Part shown: positions 48,173-57,552 of the stretch, piece by piece
How the letters are laid out: every line of letters starts with the position of its first letter
How positions within the stretch are numbered: the first letter of the stretch is position 1
Source of the DNA: an uncultured Actinomycetota bacterium
GTDB taxonomy: Bacteria > Actinomycetota > Actinomycetes > Mycobacteriales > Pseudonocardiaceae
Direction: 5' to 3'
Assembly: GCA_963717245.1 (NCBI GenBank)
Contig: CAVQVV010000003.1
Coordinates: 25,677-89,676, forward strand
DNA: 64,000 bases
Program-made: the position numbers and the translations under genes
Notes under the pieces: generated by a model
Told to the model about the DNA's origin: nothing
What the model saw: only the letters and a program-made list of their open reading frames with translations
Database searches by the model: none

Positions 48173-48180
48173 CAACGACC
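48156..48180 (+). repeat. TGTAGCA tandem motif, copy d
   Basis: gtgtagcagtcgtgtagcaacgacc. Confidence 0.7.
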
Positions 48181-48512
48181 CCCCGACGGCAGCCACTGCA
48201 CGTAGCATCCACCACCACAACGGTGCCTGTGAGCGACCTCCTTACCCAACCGCATACCGTCTGCCGAGGTCAGGGAGCGAAGAGCCATCAAGCTCCGGCA
48301 TATCTGCAGGCGCACCGATCGCGCAGGGTCCGTCCAGGGAGGCCCCGGTACATAAGGGGTACAAACGACGGTGACCACCACCAACTGCCGACGGCAAAGG
48401 ACGCACTGGTCAGACGTGGTGTCGGGCGGATGAGCCCTGATCACTGTCATCCCCAGCGCAGTTCACACCGAAGTGGCAACGGTAAGGACATGCAATCAAT
48501 CGCATCGAGCCG

Positions 48513-49258
48513 GTCCATACCCAGTCGGTGGTGTTGATGTCTTTCACGCGGCAGCCGGAGACTTCCCCGATCCGGGCGGCGGTGCAGGCGGCGAAGGTAA
48601 CGACTTCGCCCCACACGGCGTGATTACCAAAGGTGTTGGCGACCAGGGCGGCGGCGAGCTGCGTCAACGCCGACCAGTTCGGCAGTGCGAGCGAACGCGG
48701 GTCGTCGAGTTCGTCCTCGGCGCGTAGGTATTCCCGCTGCCACCCGGTGATACGTGCGGGGTTGCGCTCGATGATGCCGTCTCGTACGGCTTGTTCCATC
48801 ACTCTCACTAGAATGGCGAGGCTGTTTTTGACGGTGGATTTGCCGCACTCGTCGGCGATCCAGCCGTGCACGGCGCGGTCAACCGCACCATTGGTGATCA
48901 TCCGTATTGGTAGGTGGCCCAGGGTGGGGACCACTCGTAGTTTCCAGCCGGCCCGGTAGGGATCGGTGGTTTTGGCCTCTAGCCCGCGTAGTGCCAACCG
49001 CATATTTAGCTCGCCGTACTCTGCGAGCGTCATAGTTGCTGCGGCTGGCCCGACGCCCCCTGCCGCGGCCTTTCTCAGTTCGTTTACCCACGCAGTGGCC
49101 TCCTCAGTTGTCTCGTGTGAGGCCGAGACGGACCGCCGATGCCCGGTCGCCGGATCGGTCCACCGAACACGGGCGCGGTAGGGCGTCGGCCGGTCCGCCA
49201 AGTACTCAATGTCGCCCGCAAGGGATTCGCCCATCGGTGGTTGCTTGCGACGCGTCAT
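48513..49258 (-). pseudogene. int: 5' two thirds of a second copy of the element C integrase (3' part deleted)
   Basis: ORF 48410..49258 is near-identical to 37555..38301 up to ...KDINTTDWVWT, then unrelated. The duplicated DNA spans about 48513-49507, matching 37555-38553. Confidence 0.85.
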
Positions 49259-49353
49259 CCTGTACTTCCGATCATGGCATCAAGGTGAGTCGACGGGTTG
49301 AATCCGCTGGGTTTGATGGTGTGGGTTGCGTTCATTCGATCCGTGATGTAGCT

Positions 49354-49479
49354 GGTTGTCTCCTCGCGGCGCCCCTGCGGGGCTGCCGGGCGGTGGGTCC
49401 GGAGTGCAAGGGTGGTGTGTCCCTTGCGCGGAGCGGCCCGCCGTCTGGCAGGGCTTGTCCGCGCCGCGAGGAGACAACC
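49354..49479. repeat. 128-nt rod-like hairpin, copy 2
   Basis: Same outer stem and interior as 38396-38523. Confidence 0.8.
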
Positions 49480-49512
49480 AGCCTGGTGATCGTCCCCTGC
49501 TCTCCGGAATCC

Positions 49513-50515
49513 CCCTAGATGAGTGATTCCGTGAAGTTGGTGTTAGTGGTCGTAGGCGGTCAGTGAGCGTTTGCTGGTGACGCCGGTGGTCCAGTTGTGC
49601 CAAATCCCGGCGGCCATGGCCAGTAGGCGCTGTGCGACGCGGGTGAACACTCCGGCGGGAGTCCGGCCGCCGTGGTCTTCGAGGTCGAGCTGGCTTTTGA
49701 GGGTCTGGTTGACCGATTCGATCCACTGGCGCACGCCACCGAGGTTGCCGTTGCGGTAGGTCTCGTCTTTGCGGTCGGGGCGCAGCAGACGCAGTCCCAT
49801 CGCGTCGGTGAGTTGTTTGAATCCTTTGCCGGCGAAGCCCTTGTCGGCCAGCAGGATCTGCCCGGTGCGGACGAGGTGGTGGTTGTGTTGCAGCATGGCG
49901 GCCACCACCTCGCGTTCTCCGATCTTGGGGTTGGCCAGGCACCACATGATCGGCATTCCATCGCCGGTGCAGACCAGGTAGAGCTTCAGGCCCCAGTACC
50001 AGCGGGAGTGCGAGGCGCAGTAGCCATAGCCGGCGTGCCCGGCCAGGTCCGAGCGTTTCACTGTCTCGCGTGACATGCCGCAGGGAACCGGGGTGGCGTC
50101 GGTCATCCACAGGTCGTCGAACCAGGACGGGCAGCACGAGGCCAGGGTGAGGATCGCCTTGCACAGCAACGGTTGGGCGTTTTTCAACCGCTTGTGGTAG
50201 CCCGACTGATCCGGCAGGTAGGGGAACATCGCACGCCACTGGGGGCTGCTGCGAAGATGCCGGATCCAGCGACGTTCGCAGTGATAGCCCTGCAGCATCT
50301 GGGCCACCGCCAAGGTGATCAGTTCACTGTCGGAGAGCAGGGGTGCCCGGCCACGACCGACGCGCGCCGCAGCCACGTGATCGTCGATCAACACGTAGAG
50401 TGCGGTCAGGAGGGTGTTCAGTTCTTTGGTCACACATTGATCTTGAACGCCCTCCGTCCACGTCCGCGGTAGCGACGCGCCCTCACACGATCTTCACGGA
50501 ATCAAACATCTAGGG
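49513..50515 (-). mobile_element. IS982-type insertion sequence (about 1 kb)
   Basis: Terminal inverted repeats CCCTAGATGAGTGATTCCGTGAAG (49513-) and CTTCACGGAATCAAACATCTAGGG (-50515), 22 of 24 matching. It ends the duplicated int-upstream segment. No target duplication was seen. Confidence 0.75.
49543..50433 (-). CDS. IS982-family (IS4-like DDE) transposase
   Basis: 296-aa ORF with LSDSELITLAV, MTDATPVPC, GYCASHSRWYWGLKLYLV, and ADKGF. Confidence 0.75.
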   Translation of the reverse strand: MTKELNTLLTALYVLIDDHVAAARVGRGRAPLLSDSELITLAVAQMLQGYHCERRWIRHLRSSPQWRAMFPYLPDQSGYHKRLKNAQPLLCKAILTLASCCPSWFDDLWMTDATPVPCGMSRETVKRSDLAGHAGYGYCASHSRWYWGLKLYLVCTGDGMPIMWCLANPKIGEREVVAAMLQHNHHLVRTGQILLADKGFAGKGFKQLTDAMGLRLLRPDRKDETYRNGNLGGVRQWIESVNQTLKSQLDLEDHGGRTPAGVFTRVAQRLLAMAAGIWHNWTTGVTSKRSLTAYDH

Positions 50516-50717
50516 ACTGCTGCAGGCGGCGAGGCCGCGGCGCCGCTAAGTGCCGAGCCAGCTCCCGCTTTGCGTCCGTCTCAGTTTCCGTCTCAGTTCA
50601 CCCCAGTACGACCCACCCATGTGCCAGTCGTCGCTATATCCGCAGGACAGCGAACACGGGGATGGTTGCGAACGGGTAGGAATGGACCTCGAAAGCGCAT
50701 GCGGCTGTCTGACTTGG

Positions 50718-50758
50718 CCACCAGCGCCAGCTGAAATCGCATCAGCTGGCGCTGGTGG
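50718..50758. terminator. Perfect 17-bp hairpin downstream of the sugar transferase gene
   Basis: ccaccagcgccagctga-aatcgca-tcagctggcgctggtgg. Confidence 0.4.
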
Positions 50759-50893
50759 GGAGTGGGGTGTCCGGTAAGGTACGGATCCGATTCGGACGAA
50801 TGGCCAAGGCCTGATGCCCGCTCGGAGAGGTCGATCAAGTTGGTGCGTAGGTTATGATCTGGCTCCTGCGATCTGTTATAAGGTGATCGTTAG

Positions 50894-51550
50894 TTAGCGA
50901 GCGCCATGCCCTCGCAGCAGCGTCGGAACGGTGCGTAACAAGATCATGAGATCAGTCCAGAAACTCCAACTACGCACATAGGCCAGATCGAGTTCAAGCA
51001 TCTCCAGCGTGCCCATGGTGCTTCGCCCGCTGACCTGCCACAGCCCGGTGAGGCCAGGCGGGACATCGAAGCGCTCGGCGAATTTGGCTGGGAACATCTC
51101 CGCTTCCCAGTCCAAGCACGGACGCGGCCCGACCAATGACATCTGCCCCAGCAGGACGTTCAGTAGCTGGGGAAGCTCGTCGAGGCTGGTGCGTCGCAAT
51201 AGCGAGCCGATCCAGGTGACCCGTGGATCGCTGTCGATCTTCCAGCTGCCGCCAACGGACGTGTCCTCGCCCCGTAGCTCGCGAGCGATGAGCTCGCGGT
51301 GCTGCGAGTCGGAGCAACCCACCCGCATGGTGCGGAACTTATACATCGTGAACGGTCGACCCCCTGGGCCTATTCGCTGCTGACGATAGAACGCTTGGCC
51401 CGGGGTGCCAATCCTGATCATCATAGCGACGAGCAGCATCGGGATCACCAGCACCATCAACGCGATCACCACCACCACGAGGTCGACGGCGCGCCGGGCA
51501 ACAGGTTCCCATCGGGCGGCCGAGCGTGCTTGTTCAATGCCGCTGGACAC
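50894..51550 (-). CDS. Polyprenyl-phosphate glycosyl-1-phosphate transferase (bacterial sugar transferase family, small WbaP/EpsL type)
   Basis: An N-terminal TM segment, then QRIGPGGRPFTMYKFRTM...DELPQLLNVLLGQMSLVGPRP...PGLTGLWQVSGR. Confidence 0.85.
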   Translation of the reverse strand: MSSGIEQARSAARWEPVARRAVDLVVVVIALMVLVIPMLLVAMMIRIGTPGQAFYRQQRIGPGGRPFTMYKFRTMRVGCSDSQHRELIARELRGEDTSVGGSWKIDSDPRVTWIGSLLRRTSLDELPQLLNVLLGQMSLVGPRPCLDWEAEMFPAKFAERFDVPPGLTGLWQVSGRSTMGTLEMLELDLAYVRSWSFWTDLMILLRTVPTLLRGHGAR

Positions 51551-51918
51551 TAAGTTTCCCCGTGGTCATTCTCATCAGTAAAAAAACACCGCAAGCAACA
51601 GGCATGAGGCCCCCTCCGTCAGCCCGCGCCACCTCGCCGAGCAGGAACGTTGCGATCAACTCACCCATTCAGGGACCAATCGACCTTACACCTCGGCCAG
51701 CACTGCTTGACAGCCGGTGCCCCGCCTCAATGCAGTGCTCGGCGGTCCCGCAGATCACGCGGCGTTCCACCTGCGTTACTGCTAAACCGTCCTCATAAGA
51801 TCAAGCGCCGGCTACGCCGGCGCGGACTTAGCTAGCTTGTGTTGTTTCGTCGTCTAATTGGCGGTTCGACGCTGGGGTTGGGTGGTGGACCAGTGGCTGG
51901 GCCCTGTTGCCGTGTGCT

Positions 51919-52215
51919 CTAGGCATGGTTGGCAGTGGGTGTGCCGGTGGTGGTGTAGATGGTGTCGGCGATGTCTGGTGCGGGGGAGTCGTGGATCGAC
52001 CAGAGGGTGGCGATTACGTGGCGGTAGCCCAATGGTTGCATTGCGGCGGCAAGGTGTATGGCGCTCGTCGAGTGCCCAGGCGCTGCCGGTGGCGGTCTGG
52101 CAGGCGGACAAGAACGTCAGCTCGCGTGGTCCTGGATGGTGTTGCTCGATCAGGTCGGTGATGCGCTTTTGGTGGGATAAAGAATCGGCGCGCAGCGGCC
52201 AGATTCTGTTCTGTG
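51919..52215 (-). pseudogene. C-terminal fragment of a CHAT-domain (caspase-like) protein, frameshifted
   Basis: RELTFLSACQTATGS (the catalytic Cys context of CHAT) is followed, in another frame, by AIHLAAAMQPLGYRHVIATLWSIHDSPAPDIADTIY. No N-terminal part is present. Confidence 0.55.
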
Positions 52216-52301
52216 AGACAGGCGCGAAGTAGGTTTGACCTGGGCGGTGACCTAGCCGGTGTGCTCAGCTCACCCTGCCATTGTGGTGCTCGATGCCGCG
52301 C

Positions 52302-52955
52302 TCACCTTGCTGCGAGTGGGCGCACGTCGTCGAGTGCGGTGAGTACCGCGTCGGTCACCTCGTCGAACCGCGGTAGCTCCCAGCCGCACATCGCGGGCTT
52401 GACTCGCCAATGCACGACGCCCGGCAGGCAGGGTGATGGTGGCAGCGGTACCCAACCTCCTTGGGCGTGCAGCACGACCTCGGGGTGCTCAGCTAGCTCA
52501 TGATGCAGCGCGCCACCGCCGACCACCGGAAACAACCACCGCCCGGTCGGCGTGGCGGCGATGGGGACCGGTACGCCGGCGACTCGCAGCCCGATTGCGG
52601 TGGCTCGACCGAGTTCGGTAGGCAGATCCAGCGCGTCTAAGCCCATACCGGTGGCCAGCAGCACGCTGAACGGGTGGCCTGACCATAGTTCAGCGACGCG
52701 CTTAGGACCGCAGCCCGCCAGTTGCCGCCAGTCTGAGTGCACCGGCACCGCACCGTGCTGCGGTGCGCCGGTGCGCAGTGCCGAGGGCATACCGACCCAG
52801 TGGGAACCGCGGGGATAGCTGCCGGGGACCACCGGCCAGCCGTGGCGGGCGAAGCCGATAGCCTCCGCTCGCAGCTCGGTGCGAAACGCGTCCCGCCAGG
52901 TCTCCGTCCAGTCCATCTCGCCCCCATCGCTCGCTGTGACCATTCCCAACGGCAC
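52302..52955 (-). CDS. Prim-Pol (bifunctional DNA primase/polymerase N-terminal)-like protein
   Basis: AIGFARHGWPVVPG...FSVLLATGMGLDALDLP follows the GWPVxP...TGxGLxVLDxD pattern. The acidic motif looks degenerate. Confidence 0.5.
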   Translation of the reverse strand: MPLGMVTASDGGEMDWTETWRDAFRTELRAEAIGFARHGWPVVPGSYPRGSHWVGMPSALRTGAPQHGAVPVHSDWRQLAGCGPKRVAELWSGHPFSVLLATGMGLDALDLPTELGRATAIGLRVAGVPVPIAATPTGRWLFPVVGGGALHHELAEHPEVVLHAQGGWVPLPPSPCLPGVVHWRVKPAMCGWELPRFDEVTDAVLTALDDVRPLAAR

Positions 52956-53233
52956 TCAACACCTCATCTAGCCCCCTTAGGTATTGCTAATTCGTTGAGG
53001 TCGCTGGTCGGTGGATTTGATGCGTCGAGCGGCCTCGGCGCATGCCGAGGCGGATATCGTCGGGCTAACGACAGATAGTGATCGGCTGCCCGTTCGTCGC
53101 GTGTGAGAACCCTTTCGCCGCGAAGGCCCGCAAGTGGATCGCATGCGTATGCTGTCTTCTCGCCCTCGGCCCAGCGCGCGCCTGACTTGTAGCGGCCCCG
53201 ACATCGCGTTGGGCACCGAGCTCGGCGACGATC

Positions 53234-53548
53234 TTACGGTTGTTGCCGGTGGTGGACGCCGCTGGCGAATGGGCCGAGCAGCTCGTGGTGGATTTGCCTC
53301 CAGACCACGCACGGCCAGGGTCGGCGGCGCCACAGGCGGCGCCAGGTGAAGCGGCAGTGAGGGCATCGGCCGGTGGGGGTAGGGGGCTGATGGTGTACCA
53401 GGACGAACCGCAGCGCGGCAATAGCGCGGGGGTGGTGACCCGCGCGTTCTAGGTCGATGAGCGTGTCCCATACCGAGCCGACCAACTCACGGGCGCGGGG
53501 TCGGTCGGCCAGCCAGACCACGGTCCGAGTGGACAGTTGCAGCGTCAC
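53234..53548 (-). CDS. Hypothetical small protein with CPHC
   Basis: GTG at 53548 in ORF 53234..53680. Contains GRCPHCRFTW. Weak evidence. Confidence 0.3.
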   Translation of the reverse strand: MTLQLSTRTVVWLADRPRARELVGSVWDTLIDLERAGHHPRAIAALRFVLVHHQPPTPTGRCPHCRFTWRRLWRRRPWPCVVWRQIHHELLGPFASGVHHRQQP

Positions 53549-54119
53549 GGTGAACCACCCCCGGGTCTGCTGGAGACTTCGTCCTGGATGGAGGGCGCAG
53601 AGATGGCCCGGTGTATGAGACACCCTTGTGGGGTGTGTGAGCGCATGGTGGCGCTGGTCTTGGAGGACCCGTCGGATCATGGACTCTAGCCACGAACCTT
53701 GGGTGGGGCCTTGCTGATTCGTGTGGGCTCATGATCGCAAGTTATGCCTCCGTGGGCAAGCGGAGCAGTCGAAGGAAGGACCGTTCGCCGATGATCCCGC
53801 GCGCTGGTCAGAACTGTGATCGCTGCCCACCAGAGGTGATGATGTGCGGTCGGACGCTTGCTGGCCGGGCACTCCGGCGTGCACTGATGGTTAGCTCGCG
53901 ACGGGAGGAATCCCCGAGTCTGCGTTCACCGAGCGGCAGACCCATCCGGATCGGTAGCGCGGGGCCTGGAGTTGTCCGTTATGGTTCCGTCGCTCGTGGT
54001 GTTCATCCGGGTGCCAAGTGGTCGATCCGAGACCGTGGTGGCCGCCGGGCTCAGGAGTTAAGAGATCTAGTCGATACACCGGGCCGAGGCGCCAGGTAGG
54101 GAGTGCGTGAGGTGATCCG

Positions 54120-54917
54120 ATGCCGTTGATGCCCGCTGACGTTGCCAACGTCGCGTTCAGTAAGCCGCCGATGGGTAAGCGGGGCTACTGCGAGGACGAG
54201 GTCGACGCCTTCCTTGACCTACTTGAGGCTGAGCTGGCTCGGTTGATTGAGGACAACCATGATCTCCGTAACCAGGTGGAGCAGCTTGATCAGCAGTTGC
54301 GTGCCGCGCCGGTCGACACCGGGGCCGCCGTTCGTTCGGTGGAGTCGCCTCGGCCGGTGATGGCCCCGGTGCCGCCGCCGATGAGGGAACAAACCTCCCC
54401 AGGAGGTGATCACAACGTCCACGCCGCCAGGGTGCTGGGTCTGGCCCACGAGATGGCGGAGCGGTTGACCGTGGATGTCAAGGCCGAAGCGGACGGGATG
54501 TTAGGTGAGGCTCGCACTAGGTCCGAGCAGTTGCTCTCCGATGCGAGGGTCAAGGCCGATGGCATGGTCAATGAGGCCAAGACCCGGGCGGAGACCCTGC
54601 TCAACGATGCCCGTATCAGAGCCGAGACTCTGGATCGGCAGTCCCGGGACAAGGCTGTGTCGCTGGAGCGCGATGCGGTGCGCAAGCACACCAAAATCCT
54701 CGCTGGGCTGAATCAAGAGAAGGACATCCTGGAGAAGAAGATCGACGAACTGCGCACGTTCGAGCGCGACTACCGCGCCCGTTTGAAGACCTACTTGGAC
54801 TCACAACTGCAAGATTTGGACAGGCGTGGATCCGCCGTACCAATAGACTCGGGACACAACCGGCAGGGCGTGATTGCCTCCGGGTTCGGCGCGCATGCTG
54901 AAGTGGGGTCTCGGTAA
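54120..54917 (+). CDS. DivIVA-domain protein
   Basis: The N-terminus [45 protein letters not shown] is the DivIVA N-terminal domain. Long coiled-coil repeats follow. Confidence 0.85.
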   Translation: MPLMPADVANVAFSKPPMGKRGYCEDEVDAFLDLLEAELARLIEDNHDLRNQVEQLDQQLRAAPVDTGAAVRSVESPRPVMAPVPPPMREQTSPGGDHNVHAARVLGLAHEMAERLTVDVKAEADGMLGEARTRSEQLLSDARVKADGMVNEAKTRAETLLNDARIRAETLDRQSRDKAVSLERDAVRKHTKILAGLNQEKDILEKKIDELRTFERDYRARLKTYLDSQLQDLDRRGSAVPIDSGHNRQGVIASGFGAHAEVGSR

Positions 54918-55701
54918 CCACGGGCTATCAGACCACTACGGTGCCGAGTTTGCGGACATCGGTGGGGCGAGTGGCAGTGCGACCGCGATGCTTTCGCTCC
55001 TCGCTTTGACTGCGGCTGGGGTGTGAGCCGGCTTGCCATCGGGCAGGAAGGTCTCCTGAGCTGCCCGGTGACGTCGAGAACGATCCGGGGTTATTCACAG
55101 ATCGTCTTCGCGCGCTGGCGCCGGACGGGCCGCGGCCGTGCGGTGGACCCACGAAGATGATGAAGGGTGACAACTTGACCGAGCAGTTCTCACGACGTAC
55201 CCACCCTGACGGTGGTCGGCAGGTCGCGCATCAGGGCCTCTTTCACGTTGCTGGGCAAGAGGCCGGGGAGCGAGATCCGGCGGCCCGATCCATCGCCCCC
55301 AGCGCCGCCGCGCAACCTTCCTGGGACGTGTTCTCGCACGCTTCGGAGTACGACGTTGCGGAGCAACAGCGACCGGCTACTCAACACGACGAGGTGGCCA
55401 TGCGATCATTTCAGCTTCCCTTCGTAGCCGAAGCTGATGTCGGCGACGCCATCGATCAGCGGCGGACGGTGTCCGTCGATGAAGACGACTACCGGTAGGT
55501 TTCAAACAGAACAGCTGTGGGACGCTGCCGATCTGCCACGCCAGCATCTACCCGAGCTTGTCCCCTTACTGAGGATGGACCACGATCTATGGATCAGGTC
55601 TCGGCAGACGGACTCACACTCTCCTTCGACTGGAAACGGTGCAAGGCACCACGCGTAACCTGCGAGACGTGCGATCGGTGAGACCGGCCGGGAAGTGCGC
55701 T

Positions 55702-55720
55702 CTGTGGACCATCTGTGGAC
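55702..55720 (+). repeat. Arm-type repeats TGTGGAC x2 (right arm of element D)
   Basis: tgtggaccatctgtggacc, about 95 nt left of att copy 4. The flank is homologous to 46610-46735. Confidence 0.6.
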
Positions 55721-55814
55721 CAGGACACCAGCCACGTCAGCGCCCACCTGCGACGTGAGCGCTCAAAGACATTGCCGTGTTGGCTGTTGTCGCAGCTCAG
55801 CGCATTACCTCAGT

Positions 55815-55857
55815 TCTGGGGGTCAAGGGGTCGCAGGTTCGAATCCTGTCGTCCCGA
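55815..55857 (+). repeat. att core copy 4 (43/43), outer right boundary of the island array
   Basis: Identical to 4975-5017. Confidence 0.9.
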
Positions 55858-56021
55858 CGGTCATAAGACCAGGTCAGAGCTGCGCTTGCCTCGATGAGTG
55901 GGCCCTGACATCAGTCCGGTGTCCCCAACCTCCGAAGGCTGACGCTATTGACCTTTGGTCTAGCTCGGTACTGGTCTAGCCAAGGAGTGCGGCTACTCCT
56001 ACATCCTGGCGTTTGTGGTGA

Positions 56022-56345
56022 GCGCGAGGTCGCCATCTTCGACGACGCGCACGCTCCCGGCCTGCCGCACACTGGCTTGCGACCATCGGCCGGTTCAACT
56101 CCTGGATCGTTAAGCTCGTCGACCACCGCGTCAGAGTGCTCGTCGACCACGGCCAGCTACGCCACGACCAGCTCTGGCTGTGCGGTCTCACCGTAAGCGA
56201 AGTGCTCGCCCAGCTCCGCCAGCACGGCGTTGCCAGCCTCAGCGAGCTGCGGTACGTGCTGTATGAGACCAAAGGCGAACTCACCGTCCGTGAACCAGGC
56301 GACGGAATCACCAATCCTGAAGACTTCCCCCACCACAAATCATGA
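56022..56345 (+). pseudogene. DUF421 (YetF-like) C-terminal domain, probably a truncated or frameshifted gene
   Basis: VRVLVDHGQLRHDQLWLCGLTVSEVLAQLRQHGVASLSELRYVLYETKGELTV fits the YetF C-terminal pattern. The upstream in-frame part looks out of frame and has a stop at 56019. Confidence 0.35.
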
Positions 56346-56514
56346 GCCCGACCTGTTACCCCTGCTGATCACCGCGCTGATCGGCAGCACTCGCCGCCGG
56401 CTTCAGGCATTCGATCATGGAAGCGGGCCGCTGAGTCCAGAGTCCCAGTCGCGTGCGCACCGGGCCCGATACCGCCTACTGCGCGCGGCCTGCTGACCAG
56501 AACGCGCGTCGTGG

Positions 56515-57541
56515 TTACTTGTAGGCGATGCCGGCACTCGCGGGACCGGCCAGCGGTAGGATGTCAATTTTTCTAAAGCCCGCCTCCCGGCACCATCCAG
56601 CGAAATCGCTGCCGGTGAAGTCGAAGGCGTCGCCGAACTCGATCAGCATGTTGAGCGACATCAGCAGCCCGAACGCGTTCTCGCGGCGAGCATCATCGAT
56701 CAAGTTTTCGACGATGATGAAAGCGCCTCCCTCGGGAAGTGCCTGGTAAGCGGCCCTGATGAGATGCATCTTCCGGTCCAGGTTCCAGTCGTGCAAGATC
56801 ATGCCCATGGTGATGATATCCGCCTGAGGAAGGGGGTCCGCGAAGAAGTCACCCGACGCGACCGCCACCCGGTCGGTCAACCCGGCGATAGCGATGGTCT
56901 TTTCAGCGATCGGTGCGACGATCGGAAGATCAAAGCTCGTGCACCGAACGTGTGGATGACGCCTGGCGAGAATTATGGAGAGCTGGCCGGTGGCGCCCCC
57001 GACATCGCACACTGTGTGGCTTTTGGAGAAATCAAACTTCTCGGCCAACGCCTGAAAATTGCCGCGCGAGATTCCCTCCATCGCGTGCATGAACTCCTCG
57101 AGCCTCTTGGGGTCGCGGTAGAGCTCGGTAAACATCGGCTCGCCGGTGTGCTTGACTTCGTTCTGTGGCTTACCGGTGTGCAGCGCCTCGGTGAGGTCGC
57201 CCCAGAATCCGTACAGCCGCGAATTGAGCATCTCCAGGATTCCGCCCATGTAGGCCGGACTCCGCTTGTCGAGGAACGCTGCAGTCTCAGGGGTGTTGCG
57301 ATAGCGCATCGTTGCCGTCCCCCTCGCGCTGTAGCAACCGCAGTGCCACAAGCGTGTCAAGGAAGTCGTAAATCGCTCGTGGGTGCAGTCTGAGCCGTTC
57401 GCCGATCTCTTCACCAGTCATCGACTCAGCGCTGAGATGGGTGAACAACTGCAGCTCCACCGCTGACAGCAACGTCTTCGACGCATAAAATCCCGCACCG
57501 ATCTCCATGATATGCGAAGGATTCAGCTCGCTTGGCGACAT
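56515..57541 (-). pseudogene. Class I SAM-dependent O-methyltransferase (dimerisation domain plus O-MT family 2), one frameshift
   Basis: The N-terminal winged-helix dimerisation part lies in ORF 57287..57541 and the catalytic part (VCDVGGATGQ, DFFADPLP) in ORF 56515..57414. The frames switch at a C5/G5 run at 57319-57323. Confidence 0.8.
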
Positions 57542-57552
57542 GCCTATTCCTC

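Larger units (their letters stand above)
46779..55814. mobile_element. Element D remnant (integrase fragments, IS982-type IS, Prim-Pol-like gene, miscellaneous cargo)
   Basis: Bounded by att copies 3 and 4. TGTGGAC arm repeats occur at 46877-46893 and 55702-55720. Confidence 0.65.

Noticed and set aside
50575-50597. A tandem 11-12 nt repeat CCGTCTCAGTT x2, and GTAATTCCCT x2 at about 17190-17225.
   Set aside because: Only two units occur in each case and there is no associated structure or gene. These are probably chance or slippage products.
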